Below are positions 1 to 11,389 of a stretch of 42,214 nt of DNA, one piece after another (the stretch's first letter is position 1; the number at the start of each line of letters is the position of its first letter). The stretch is from Octopus bimaculoides. Its lineage: Eukaryota. Below the pieces are notes generated by a model that was not told where the DNA came from, searched no databases, and worked only from the letters and a program-made list of their open reading frames with translations. The stretch spans positions 36,224,430 through 36,266,643 of the forward strand of contig NC_068998.1 in the NCBI RefSeq assembly GCF_001194135.2, given 5' to 3'. A program made the position numbers and the translations under genes.

Positions 1-260
1 GAGTGGATTTGGTAGGCGGAAACTGAAAGAAGCCCATCATATATATGTGTTTGTGTGTATGTTTGTCCTCCCACCATTGCTTGACAACCTATGCTGGTGT
101 GTTTACGTCCCCGTAACTTAGCGGTTCAGCAAACAGAGACTGATAGAATAAGTACTAGGCTTCCAAAGAATAAGTCCTGGGGTCGATTTTCTCGACTAAA
201 GGCGGTGCTCCAGCATGGCCACTGTCAAATGACTGAAACAAGTAAAAAAGAGTAAAGAGT
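1..260 (+). mobile_element. SINE family A, 3' part (cut by window edge)
   Basis: gagtggatttggtag..gaaactgaaagaagccc..gactgaaacaagtaaa; near-identical blocks recur more than 10 times in the window. Confidence 0.85.
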
Positions 261-655
261 ACAAACATCAGCCTATAAGGGCAATGACTTCCAATAAGAA
301 GCAATCTCAGACTGGAATGACCTGTCCAACGCATGCCAGCATGAAAAGAGCAGACATGAAATGATGATATTGACGGCATAAATACAAGACATGCACTATA
401 TGCATAAATGTGTTGCCCATACATCATAATTATATTACAACTCAACATATATTCAAAGATATTGCGCAACAAACATGCAAATAATAAATCAGGTTTCGAT
501 ATAAATTTTTCATTTTTATAAGAAACATCTGGAAAGTGGGTATGTACATGCTTCATGTGCTGTGCATTTCAGTTATGTGGCTTCGATTTTTAATATATAT
601 ATATGCATGCATATATATATTTATGTATATATATATGTGTGTGTATGCATATATA

Positions 656-2807
656 CAGAGCTGGCCGTAAGTCTGTTAATCCGTTAATTATTAATTAATG
701 AAGTTAACATTTCCATTAATGATTTAACTTTTAAGTTAACTTTGAAAGTCATTATCAAACTAATTAACTTCCATTTCATTTAGCTCCCGTTAACTCAAGT
801 CTGTTAATCCAAAATTTTCGGTAAACATTTAAAAATTTCCATTGTTTTCAGATTGTCTTAGCATATTTAATATTGTATGTGTTTTTCTTTCAACCCTGAT
901 ATAATACCACATTATTATAAATAACTTGTAGGGCCATGTTTGGCCCTGCCTGCATTTGAAACCAAATTCACCTGCTTGTTTCTTGCCAAGACAGCAGGAA
1001 ATTTCTTTGTCCTGTCAAGAGGGAACAGTGATTGATGTGTTTCCAATTGATCCGTGACCTCGCTGAGATGGATGTCAACAGAGAAAATATTAACTGCCAC
1101 AAAGTTCAAAAAATAAATGGAAGGGTAAAAGTTGGTAAATATTTCAGTGTGAATGCAAATAGCTGTTATGTGGTAGCAGAGCATGCTAGAAATAGCAGCC
1201 AAATCTTTCCTTTTTCTGGAAAAAGTAGCTGTTTACACGGGATTTCGATGTCAATTTCTTTGAAAGCATACAAAATAAACTGGAAAAAAAAAAGAAGACC
1301 TGTAAAACAAAACTCCCTTGTTCGGAAACTTCGAGGTCCCCACCACCCCTCCCACCCTTCTTTTCCGGAAAAAAGTGGCTTGTGGTGGGTTTGAAGGTCA
1401 GATATGTTGAATGCACTTGAAAAAACTGAAAAAAATTATTCCACACCAAGGTATGAAATATTTACCGAAAGAGTAAAATCTTGTTCCCATTATACCTGTA
1501 TTTTAATTAATTCAAATTAATGTACCACATCTTGAAAAATGGCTAGATTTTTGTTGGTTGCCATCTGAGATAATTTTAGTAACAAATCAAACAGGTGAGA
1601 CGCATTAAGAATTTCAATTTTAGTGTTTATCCATAATGTTATTGCCTTTACACCTGTTAATTAAATTTACCTGCCCATAAAAGTCAAATTTACTCAGCAA
1701 GATCAGTTAAAATCACATAACTGTAAACCAGTGGTATATAAAGCACCCACTGACAAAATTTCAAACAAATATTGTGGATACTCCTATTGAACCTGAATAA
1801 TTCAAAATAATGTGAACAAATAAGCATTACATTTGACAGATTAATATGAACACTAAAGATGTTCTTTTTCCTTACATATACACACGCATAACATGACCTT
1901 GCTCGGGTTGGACTAAAAGTGTGTTACTTTAACATCATCATTCCATAAAAGTTGTTTATGGTGAGAAAAATATTGAAAAATATCAATAGATGTGTGAGTG
2001 AGAAAGAAACAAGGAGGTAGGTTTTCAGATGTGGTAGAAACAACAGCCAGATCTCCCTTAAATCACACATTTTCTTTTGAGATTATTAACAATTTTTTTC
2101 TCCTTAAACTGAAAATGTTTCTCTTACAGGTTTTAAGTGCATAGTAAATTTAAAAAATGGCCAAAATCGTTTCAGACTGTATTGGTGAGAGGGTGGCGGG
2201 AGTGAAAAAAATTTTCAAAATTCTTTTCTATCTTTTCATAAAAAGATGCCTCCCATCATTCTGAAGACTTTGGTGAAAACATTGGAAGAATCCACGTCAA
2301 AACGAAGAAATTCCAACTTATGTGGGCCATCTGATCTAAAACTCTGTTTTCCAGAAACTCCTCTCCCCACCCCGTTCCAAAGATTTTGTCTATAGATTTC
2401 TTTGTAATCATAATTTACACCATTTGAAAGGTATTTGTATAAAATTGCATTAAAAAATGCCTGTTTTCGGGAAAGTTATGAGGAGGACATGTCGGGTCCT
2501 GTGAATTTTCCAAAACTCCTCTCCACAATCCTCAGAAAATTTTTTTTCCAACAAACCTGTACATACACTCAATTTACAGGATATAATTATTATTATTTGG
2601 TGAAAGTTCCATTAAAAAGTATCCATTTTTCTGGAAGTTATGAGGCAACAAAGCCGGTGGTGAATTAAACTGTAGTTATGCCTTTCTTCAATCAGAGTTA
2701 ACGTTAACTTCCGTTACATTTTCAAAGAATTAACGATCAATGAAGTTAAATTTTTGGTTAAAAGATTAACAATTAACGGAGTTAACTTTTCGATTAACGG
2801 TGCCCAC
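656..2807. mobile_element. Putative hAT-like non-autonomous DNA transposon
   Basis: GTTAA(C/T) motif arrays at both ends (656-815, 2690-2807); CCGTTAATT(A/G)TTAAT in inverted orientation; + strand peptide LVGPCLALPAF...LFLAKTAGNFFVLSR (~918-1025) resembles the hAT dimerisation motif. Confidence 0.4.
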
Positions 2808-2834
2808 ATATACATATATTTATATATATTTCTT

Positions 2835-3590
2835 CATCATCATTTAACGTCTGTTGCCCATGCTGGCATGGGTTGACAGTTTGACTGGGCTGGCACACTG
2901 GAAGTCTGCACCAGACTCCAGTCTGATTTGGCATGGTTTTCAATGGCTGGATGCCCTTCCTAATGACAACCACTCCAAGAGTGTAATGGGTGCTTTTACA
3001 TGCCACCAGCATGGGTGCCATTTGCGTTACACTGGCTTGTGTTTACATGCCACCTGCATGGGTGCCAATTTGCATGACAACGGTATCTGCCATGACTGTG
3101 ATTTTGCTCTGTTTGATGGGTCTTTTTCTCAAGCACAACATATTGCCGAAAGGTTTGGTCATTTCCTCCGTGAGGCCCAACGCTCAAAAGGAACTCATCC
3201 ACTTTGCCTTTGTGAGGCTCAACATTCAAAAGATGTTCTTTACGTGCCACCAGCATGGGTGCACTTGGCTTGACAGGTCCTCTCAAGCACAGCACATCGC
3301 AAAAGGTTTCAGTCACCAGCTATTGCCTCTGTGAGGCTCAAAGTTTGAAGATTATGCTTCATCACTTCGTCCCACGTCTTCCTGGGTCTACCTCTACCAC
3401 AGGTTCCCTCAACAATTAGAGATAGCACTTCTTTACACAGCTGTCCTCATCCATGCACATCACATGACCATATCTGCGCAATTGTCTCTCTTGCAAACCA
3501 CATTTGATGCCTCTTCTGCCTAACTTTTCTCTCAAGATGCTTACACTGTCTAACATGCACACAGACATTGCACATTCAGCGAAGCATACT
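2835..3590 (-). mobile_element. RTE-clade LINE 3' fragment (ORF C-terminus, 3' UTR, (GAT)n tail)
   Basis: Minus-strand LQERQLRRYGHVMCMDEDSCVKKC..VEGTCGRGRPRKTWDEV; 3' UTR shared with 19390-19950. Confidence 0.8.
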
Positions 3591-3903
3591 GGCTTTATGT
3601 ATGTGTATATGTGTGTGTATGTATGTGTGCACATATGTATGTATATATATGTGTGTGTATGTATGCATATGTGTTTGTATGTATATGTGTGTGTGCATAT
3701 ATAGATATATGTATACATGTATATGTGTGTATGTATGCATATATAGATATATGTATGTATATATGTATGCATGTATATATGTGTGTATGTATATATGTGT
3801 GTATGTATGCATATATAGATATATGTATGTATATATGTGTGTATCTATGCACATATATATATATATATATATATAAATAAAATGTATGTGATTTATGTAT
3901 GTT

Positions 3904-3978
<75 letters not shown>
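3590..3978. repeat. Compound TA/TG microsatellite ending in (AT)n
   Basis: Three copies of gcatatatagatatatgtat, then pure (AT)n 3914-3978. Confidence 0.9.
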
Positions 3979-3982
<4 letters not shown>

Positions 3983-3988
3983 GTCTAT

Positions 3989-4194
3989 AAGTAATGTTTA
4001 TGGCAACTTCGATATGACTATTCCATAGGAACTGACATTACTACCGTTTTTTTTTTCACCCCAGGAGGAGTCTCCTTCTGCTGGTTGTTGATTGCATCAA
4101 CAACCAGTTGGTGGGGGCTCCTCCTGGAGTTAAAAGCGGAAATAACATCGGTTCCTACAGAACAGCCGTATTGAAGTTGTGATAAACATTACTT
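3989..4194. repeat. ~206-bp imperfect palindrome (fold-back/MITE-like)
   Basis: Arms of about 100 nt are reverse-complementary (aagtaatgtttat...ccaggaggag / ctcctcctgg...ataaacattactt) around a 3-nt loop at 4093-4095. Confidence 0.85.
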
Positions 4195-4707
4195 CTCAGT
4201 ATAGTTACTACTTTCATCTCTTACAGAGATTTTCTAACTATCTACTTTGCTTGTTACACACACACACACACACACACACACAGAATCAATTAAGAACCAC
4301 AAGCAAATGAAATACTTGTGAGGCATCTATTGTGTCTTCCTTTCCACAATACTGCTTCACATATAAGTAAAAGGATGCTGTGAATATAGCAAAGGCTTGT
4401 ATCCGCATGATATTGCATTGGAGATATTGCATTGGATCATCATGGGTGGTAAGTTCAAATGCACTGCGAGTGGAGTCATTGAATATTTGGACAATGTATC
4501 AAATTTATGTATTTTTAGTTTAATTATCCATATATATGTATATAAATATATATATTGCATTTTCTCATTATTGTGTGATTGTTCTGTAAGCTCAATTCCA
4601 CCAGCCTTGAGGTGTAATTGTGATGAGTAGTTGTGTATTTTGGCAGTGCAAATTATTCTAAATTTCTCTATATAATACATGTTTCTGTTGTGCGTATATC
4701 TTATGTA

Positions 4708-4945
4708 CAATTGGCAATTTCTATCTGTCTGTCTGTTGCCATCTTGCTGCTCAAACCAAGGAACCAATCTTCACCAAATTTTGTATACATGTTGAACTAA
4801 CATCCAGTTCAATTATTGGCTAATTGGATTTCAATAAAATTTGATAATGGACCAACTGTGGTGGGTTGGGTTATTACATGATAAAATGAATGGGGTGCAA
4901 AAGTTCAGGGAAATGTGGCATAACGAGGGTGGCTGATATCAGGAA
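4708..4945 (+). mobile_element. Possible Helitron/Helentron-type non-autonomous element
   Basis: ctatctgtctgtctgtt followed by ccaatcttcaccaaatttt, an arrangement recalled from DINE-1/HINE-like elements. Confidence 0.35.
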
Positions 4946-5350
4946 AGGGGTAGAGACAGGAAGAGAGAGAAACACAGGGAATGTGAGTGACAGACAGAGA
5001 GAACGGCACAGGGACATCTTCCATATATATAAAAGAGAGTTTGTGTGTGTTTGTGTGTGTGTGCATGCGTGTGTATCTTGTGCATTCGAAAACTAAGTTG
5101 CCGATTTTCACCTATGGGGTATCAAAAGATTCAGTAATCTTATATATGTTTGCATATACATATTTGTATATGTTTGTGTATATATTCATACATATATATG
5201 TATATATATATATGTTTGTATATATAATATATGTATATGTGTGTGTGTGTATATATATATATATATGTGTGTGTATACAGATATATATGTGTATATGTCC
5301 ATATATATATATTTATATATATATGTGTGTGTGTGTGTATATATGTATAT

Positions 5351-5735
5351 CATCATTATCATTATTGTTTAATGTCCGCTTTCCATGCTGGCATGGGTTG
5401 GACGGTTTAACTGAGGGTTGGCAAGCCAGAAGGTTTCACCAGGCTCCAATCCGTTCTGGCAGCGTTTCTACAGCTGGATACCCTTCCTAACGCCATCACT
5501 TTGAGAGCATAGTGGGGTTTTTTTGTGTGCCACCGGCACAAGGTCCAGTCAGGCGGTATTGGCATTGGCCACACTTGAATGTTGCTCTTTACGTTCTACA
5601 GACATGGGAGCCATGTTCAAATGATGCCTTTTACGTGCCACCAGAACGAGACAAGTCATCTGGTACTGGCATCGACCATGCTCAAATCGTGCATTTTACG
5701 TGCCACGAGCACTGGACCAGTCAACCGGCTTAATC
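5351..5735 (-). mobile_element. RTE 3' UTR-derived repeat
   Basis: catcat..gtttaatgtccgctttccatgctggcatgggttggacg...cccttcctaacgcc signature shared with other copies. Confidence 0.8.
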
Positions 5736-5739
5736 ACAG

Positions 5740-6328
5740 CCAAATAAATGTCATTTAGAGTTGGTTCCAATGCCATCTCTTCTATAACTGGAAGGTGTTG
5801 AATTTTTTCTGTCGTCATGTCAACGGATGATGGTCTATTCAGAAGTGCGGAAAAATGTTTTACCCAACGCTTATGAATAGGAGTGGTGTCAGTCAGAAGA
5901 AAATGTCCATTTGCTGTTCTCACTGGAGCTATTGAAGAAGATTTTGGGCCTTATATCTCCTTAATGTAAGAGTACAAACCCTTGGCATCATTTCTGTCAG
6001 CTGCTTCTTGTGCCCCTTTTGCTCTATCGTTCCACCATTCCTGTTTAATTTTCGTTAGAGCAGTCTGCACTTTCCTTTTCAGCTTTCTGTAAACTTCATT
6101 TGAGTTGGGGTTCAAGGACTGAGAAAGTAGTGTATTGCCTAAGTTTTGTTTTTCTAAAAGTAGATCATGAATTTCTGCTGATCTATCTGAGAACCAGTCA
6201 CTGGACTTACATGATTTAAATTCCACTGACAAACTTGCAGCCTGAAATACTTTTGTTTTGAAATCTTCCCATGGATTGTTTGGGTCAAGATTGATACTTT
6301 CTATAGCATTGTGGAATCTTTGCAAGTT
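5740..6328 (-). mobile_element. RTE (BovB-like) LINE internal fragment, EN-RT linker
   Basis: WEDFKTKVFQAA..DWFSD..EWWNDRAKGAQEAADRNDAKGLYSYIKEI*GPK..RWVKHFSALLNRPS, with an in-frame stop. Confidence 0.8.
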
Positions 6329-6329
6329 G

Positions 6330-7226
6330 CTCCCTAGCTAGACTGCAGCAAAATTCCTGTCTATAGTTCTCTCATGAGTTTCCTAGGGCTGATGGCCAAG
6401 CAGTCCTAAAGCTACATTGTAGCCTTTTTCCCAAACTTTGTTTGGGTGAAGCACAGGTCGTCTTGCTTAACTCTACTATATCGGGGCCGACCCTATGGCG
6501 TTGACCATAGCATCACTGGATAAAAAATGTTTGTCAGCTGCTTTTGCTAACTGCTGCACATCCTTGATCTCAGTCTGAGTTATGAGTGCCTGGATTTGGG
6601 GTGGTAACTTGCAGAGGAATATTTCCCTAAACAAAAAGGAAGGTGACTCACTGGGGGGAAATAATGCCAATTTCCTGGTTGCTCCGTCGGAATGTATCCA
6701 CCAGCCTGTCTTATAACGTGATGTATTTGTGCGTTGCTGGGGGTTGGGTTAAAATGTTCACCACCCTTGTTTCTGTGTCCTCATCTAGTGCTGCTACAAT
6801 GTACGAATATTTCTTCATGTTTGAAGTTATTTTGTGTATGTTAGATTGTGCTTCCACCTGCTTGAACCATAGCTCAGCCTTCTTCAGCCAGAAATGTGAT
6901 AGCTTCAGTGCTGTTGGGTGATCACTTGCCATGTTTCTTTGATTTTCTGTTTGCTTCAATAGCAAAAGCTGTTGTTCTTCTGTGGGGTCATCAGTTATAG
7001 CTTTAGTTAAGCTATACACAAAAAAAATAACAGGGGCCCAGATTGTGTTAACAAAAGATTTATTTAGTTAAAAAATATGAAGGCGACAGTTACCAGTCAA
7101 CTCCTACTTAGTGGAAAGCCTGCTTAACCGGAAGTTCACTTTGCTGCAGACCAACTCCCTAACTAGCCCACAGCGAAGTTCCTGTCTACAGTTTGTCAGT
7201 CATAAATCCTTCGGCAGTACCCTACA
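6330..7226 (-). mobile_element. Gypsy-type LTR retrotransposon remnant: LTR, PBS, gag, second LTR fragment
   Basis: gag motif LKLSHFWLKKAELWFKQVEAQ..KYSYIVAALD..VVNILTQPPATHKY; LTR ~7044-7226 (TG...CA, AATAAA); PBS-like TGGGCCCCTG 7031-7040; LTR segment 7155-7197 recurs at 6330-6372. Confidence 0.75.
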
Positions 7227-7380
7227 TATATATTTATATACTGCAGGCCTCTACACACTTTCTGTCAATCAATTACACTTGCACAAGGTGTTGTGCAGAT
7301 AGCTTATACTTTTACTTTGCTTATTTTTTTTGTTGGGTGTTAACCATTTGTTTGTTTATTTATATATTTGTGTTTTTCAG

Positions 7381-7593
7381 AAAAATGCCAAGAGTTGAGT
7401 CTACATTTGGAGAAGAAGCAGGAAGAATCTCAGAAAAAGTGCCGTGTCCTTGAGGAACGTAATTCTAAATTGCAAGAACTGAAGGCTGTTTACCGTGAAG
7501 TAAACTCCGAAGCCAATGACCTTGTCTACAAGAAGGAACAAATGGAAAAAGACTTGATGTTAATGATGGAGAAAATACATCAAGAGAAGGATT
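7381..7593 (+). CDS. SPC25: SPC25 coding exon (coiled-coil region), phase 1-1
   Basis: Acceptor gtgtttttcag|AAAAATG, donor GGATT|gtaagt; 213 nt open (EKCQELSLHLEKKQEES...MMEKIHQEKD), heptad-like; joins in frame to the next exon. Confidence 0.9.
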
Positions 7594-7895
7594 GTAAGTA
7601 GATTGGCTATTTCCTGCTTTGTTCCAAGTTGGTTCTGGTAGAACAGACCTCTGTTTGAAGGCATTCCTGCTATGACCATCCTGTCTATTTTCTTGTTTTC
7701 TTTTGTCCTGTAATGCAGTGTATAACGAGGACTATGATACTCAATATATTTTCCCTTTTTTTAAGACGAATAAAGGGTGATCTGAGGGAAGATTTGGCTA
7801 TACTTTCTAACAGACCGTGTGTTCCTTACTATGAGGTTTTTCTCTCCATAACTTGCACTCCTCCATGGCTAGACCATAGACCGAGTATATACCAC

Positions 7896-8590
7896 AAGAA
7901 ATATAAATATTATTAAAAATGATATTACTATCCAGCAAGAATAAAGCACCATAGAAGGTAGAATTATGAATATGAATATACAAAGAGGATGTACATGAAG
8001 TATGATGATCATCATTTAGCGTCCATTTTCCATGCTGGCATGGGTTGGATGGTTTAACTGAGAACTGGCAAGCCAGTAGGCTGCACCAGGCTCCAATCTG
8101 ATCTGGCAAGGTTTCTACAGCTGGTTGCTCTTCCCAACCACTCCGAGAGCGTAGTGGGTGCTTTCTACGTGCCACCAGCACAGGAGCCAGTCAGGTGGCA
8201 CTGGCATTGACCACATTCAGATGGTGCTTTTTATCTGCCACTGACACAGGAGCCAGTTGGGGGACACTGGCATCAACCCTATTTGGATGGTGCTTTTTAC
8301 TTGCCACTGGCATGGGAAACCCAATCAAGCAGCATTGACATCGATCCACTCTTTATTGCTAGAAATAGCAGCTGATAAACTATTGGCATTATGTAGAGTT
8401 TCACTGAATGTTTACAGGCAGAGATGTTTGCGGGCAGTAAATATAGGAGAATTCTGTCTTACCAGCTGCTATTTCCAGCAATGATCATACTTCGTGTACA
8501 TCCTCTTTGTATATTTATATTTATAATTCTACCTTTTGTGGTGCTTTATTCTTGCTGGATAGTAATATCATTTTTAATAATATATTTCTT
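7896..8590. mobile_element. Fold-back element interrupted by an RTE-tail repeat
   Basis: 7896-8012 plus 8355-8378 is the reverse complement of 8460-8590. Confidence 0.8.
8010..8350 (-). mobile_element. RTE 3' UTR-derived repeat nested in the fold-back arm
   Basis: catcatttagcgtccattttccatgctggcatgggttggatgg signature. Confidence 0.8.
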
Positions 8591-8799
8591 TCATATCTTT
8601 TCACTGATCTTGGTTCTGATTTTGGTTGGGGCTTTCAGCCAAGTAAACAGGCAGAGATGTAGTGGATATTTTAAAAATTGGTCATCAATGGTAGATTCAA
8701 CAGGAAATAACCAATCGGATTCGAGCTCATGCACGTGATCCGAATAGTTTGAAACTACGGTATTGAATTATCCTTCATTCCACTAACAGTCTCTGTAGA

Positions 8800-8940
8800 G
8801 GTAAGACAGAATTTTCCCCTGTTCACCGTCTGCAAAGATCTCTACCTGTAAACATTCAGTGAAGCTCTACGTAGTGCTGATAGCTTACCAGCTGCTATTT
8901 CTAGCAATGATCATACTTCATGTACATCCGCTTTGTATAT
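8800..8940. repeat. Inverted partial copy of the fold-back core
   Basis: 8800-8906 is roughly 80% identical to the reverse complement of 8358-8463; 8884-8940 directly repeats 8458-8515. Confidence 0.8.
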
Positions 8941-8947
8941 ATATATA

Positions 8948-9160
8948 TCATCATCATCATCATTTAATGTCCACTTTCCATGCTAGCATGGGTTGGACGT
9001 TTTGACTGAGGACTGGTGAACCAGATGGCTACACCAGGCTCCAATCTGATTTGGCAGAGTTTCTACTGCTGGATGCCCTTCCTAACGCCAACCACTCCGA
9101 GAGTGTAGTGGGTGTTTTTACGTGCCACCGGCATGAAAGCCAGTCAGGCAGTTATGGCAT
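8948..9160 (-). mobile_element. RTE 3' UTR-derived repeat
   Basis: (CAT)n tttaatgtccactttccatgctagcatgggttggacg signature. Confidence 0.8.
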
Positions 9161-9229
9161 ATATCTTTTACCATAGACTAAATATGTTTTTTTTTTCTGA
9201 ACCAGAAAAAAATTCAGGGTGGCTTGTAT

Positions 9230-9900
9230 TTGTATAAAAGATACTTGGCTACATGTGTACAAGGCATTAACTGTTCAGTTCTTTTGTTTGAACTGTTGGT
9301 GTCTTGACTCAAAATTCTCAGTTTTTCACTCAAAGATCACACCACATCTTTGATTTGAAGCACCCAATCCTGTATGGTTGTACATTATCTAGACCAGATA
9401 ATTTTGAATTCATGAGAACTTGTCTCATCCAGGCACCATATAAACTTCATCAAAGCAGTAGCACATTTTCTGTCAGGGCTGACAAGTGAATGTTAATTCT
9501 CGTAATAGCAATTTTTGAATGCAAGTTCCATTGTCCCAATATGTTTTTAGGTTCATCACTACTGTTTACTATCAGCTTCGCCAGACAGTTACTGTCTACT
9601 GGACTGTTCTCTTTGAATTCTACAGTTGCATGGTCTTTGTTGGCTAGCTGTTTGCATCTTTCTTCTGTTCAGTTTCATGATATTCTAACCTGAACACCCA
9701 GAATCTATGCAAGCTGAATAACTAACCTTAACTCACAGTTTCTATTCTTCAATATTTTTCTATACCTGTTCCCTGCCAGAAAATTGTGATCTATTAAATT
9801 AAGAAATTCTCTAGCTACATTAGTTTTTACTATTAGATGAAATACTGGGTTATACCATAAACTGTTCCATTTCCTATTTTTATGCTGCATATTCCCTGCA
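9230..9900 (-). mobile_element. Decayed Penelope-like element 3' fragment (GIY-YIG region)
   Basis: RKWNSLWYNPVFHLIVKTNVAREFLNLIDHNF resembles the PLE motif WFNPPF..VKTNV..FL.LID.HF; further YIGTMELAFK and TALMKFIW with many stops. Confidence 0.65.
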
Positions 9901-10706
9901 TTTTTTTTTTTATGTATTTAATCTTACCAGTGTTTGTTTATTTATGTCACCATAACTTAGCAGTGCAGTAAAAGGGACCGATAGAATAAGCATCAGACTT
10001 AAAAAGTAAGTCCTGTGAGTGATTTGTTCAATTAGACACTTCAAAGCAGTGCTCCAGCATGGCCACAGTCCAATGACTGAAAACAGATGGAAGATAAAAA
10101 TTAGAACTTCCCATTTAAGATTTCATGCTAATTTATGTTCCAAACACCAGCTTACTAATGACAATTTAATTTCCTATCTTCTTCATTATTTTCCAAATTA
10201 ATTAAAAAAATAACAAACTATTTTCTCAGAAATGTAGTGAAAAGGTCAAAGCCCATCAACCCCTTTGCCTAAAGCAGGCCTTCGCTTTTCTCCAGGCGAT
10301 AATTCTTTCATCAAGGTTAAACAAGAGATTGTTTCAAGAAACTCAATCTAAACTTTTTTTTTTCTTTTTTGCAAATGAGATACAAATAACGAATAAAAAT
10401 TATTTGTATCTTGTTTTCCTTCTTATACCATCACATTGACATTATCCGTTACTATGATGGAAATGGAAAAGAAAGTTCAGATTAAGTAGTTTGAAATCTC
10501 CTGGAAGACTAAGGAACAATAGAAATTGTGTAACCAACTACAAGGAATAATCGCTAAAAGAATCTGATTGAAATGGTTGTCACTTTGACAGCACTGTTAT
10601 ACTAATCTAATAACATATATGAAGTAAATTTGTGAGCAAAGATATAAATAAATGTAAAATATAAAATATTATTGTTCATTTATTTGACTGTTCTCTTCTG
10701 TTTTAG

Positions 10707-10811
10707 TGATATCCAAACAAGATAATAGCGTCAGTAAAAAAATGAAAGAATATGAAAAAGCCAAGAATTATTTCATTGAGAGATTGGGTTTGCGTTTCAA
10801 GAAGACGCCAA
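10707..10811 (+). CDS. SPC25: SPC25 coding exon, phase 1-1
   Basis: ttctgttttag|TGATATCC...ACGCCAA|gtaagc; 105 nt; LISKQDNSVSKKMKEYEKAKNYFIERLGLRFKKTP contains the Spc25 RLGL motif; too short for the ORF track. Confidence 0.93.
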
Positions 10812-11139
10812 GTAAGCTAATTATTGTTTTTATTTTTGTGTGAATTTTATTTTGCTCTACCTGCAATGTGTTTTGTCTCTGTCTTTTGGTTCCAGTCATT
10901 TTGGCAGACTTTCTCTTATTTTCTTACAGACAAATTAATTGGAATTCTCATATGATAGTGATTTTTTTTCACACTCCCACTTATCCCTCTCTCACCTGCA
11001 TTTTATTTTTTTCACTTTTACCTTTGTTTTTACTAAGCCTTTCCATATATAGTTGTTCTTATGCCCTCCCTCCTTGCAATATAAAAATAAAATAAACAAT
11101 TGGAAATCTTGTATGTGTGTGTTTGTTTATGCCATAAAT

Positions 11140-11295
11140 GTGAGCTTAGCTGTGTGGTTAAGGAGTTTGCTTCCCAACTATGTGGTCTCAGGTTCAGTTT
11201 CACTGCATGCAACTTTGGGCAAGTGTCTTCTAGATAGTAGCCAACCAAAGCCTTGTAAGTGAATTTAGTGGCTGGAAACTGAAAGAAACTTATTG
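11140..11295 (+). mobile_element. SINE family A, 5' part
   Basis: gctgtgtggttaaggagtttgcttcccaac..ggttcagtt..ttgggcaagtgtcttc. Confidence 0.75.
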
Positions 11296-11328
11296 TATAT
11301 ATGTATATATTGTATATGTATGTATGTA

Positions 11329-11389
<61 letters not shown>

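Noticed and set aside
155-556. 133-aa minus-strand ORF
   Set aside because: Antisense reading through SINE and RTE-tail sequence
3416-3880. Many ORFs rich in HT/YI/CV repeats (also at ~5000-5490, 13461-13880, 17059-18079, 28949-29412, 34558-34997, 40551-41180)
   Set aside because: Translations of CA/TA/TG microsatellites, not genes
4397-4630. ORF with a GGTG|gtaagt donor at ~4449 as a possible upstream SPC25 exon
   Set aside because: The phase would fit, but the peptide (YPHDIALEILHWIIMG) is not Spc25-like and no good acceptor is visible
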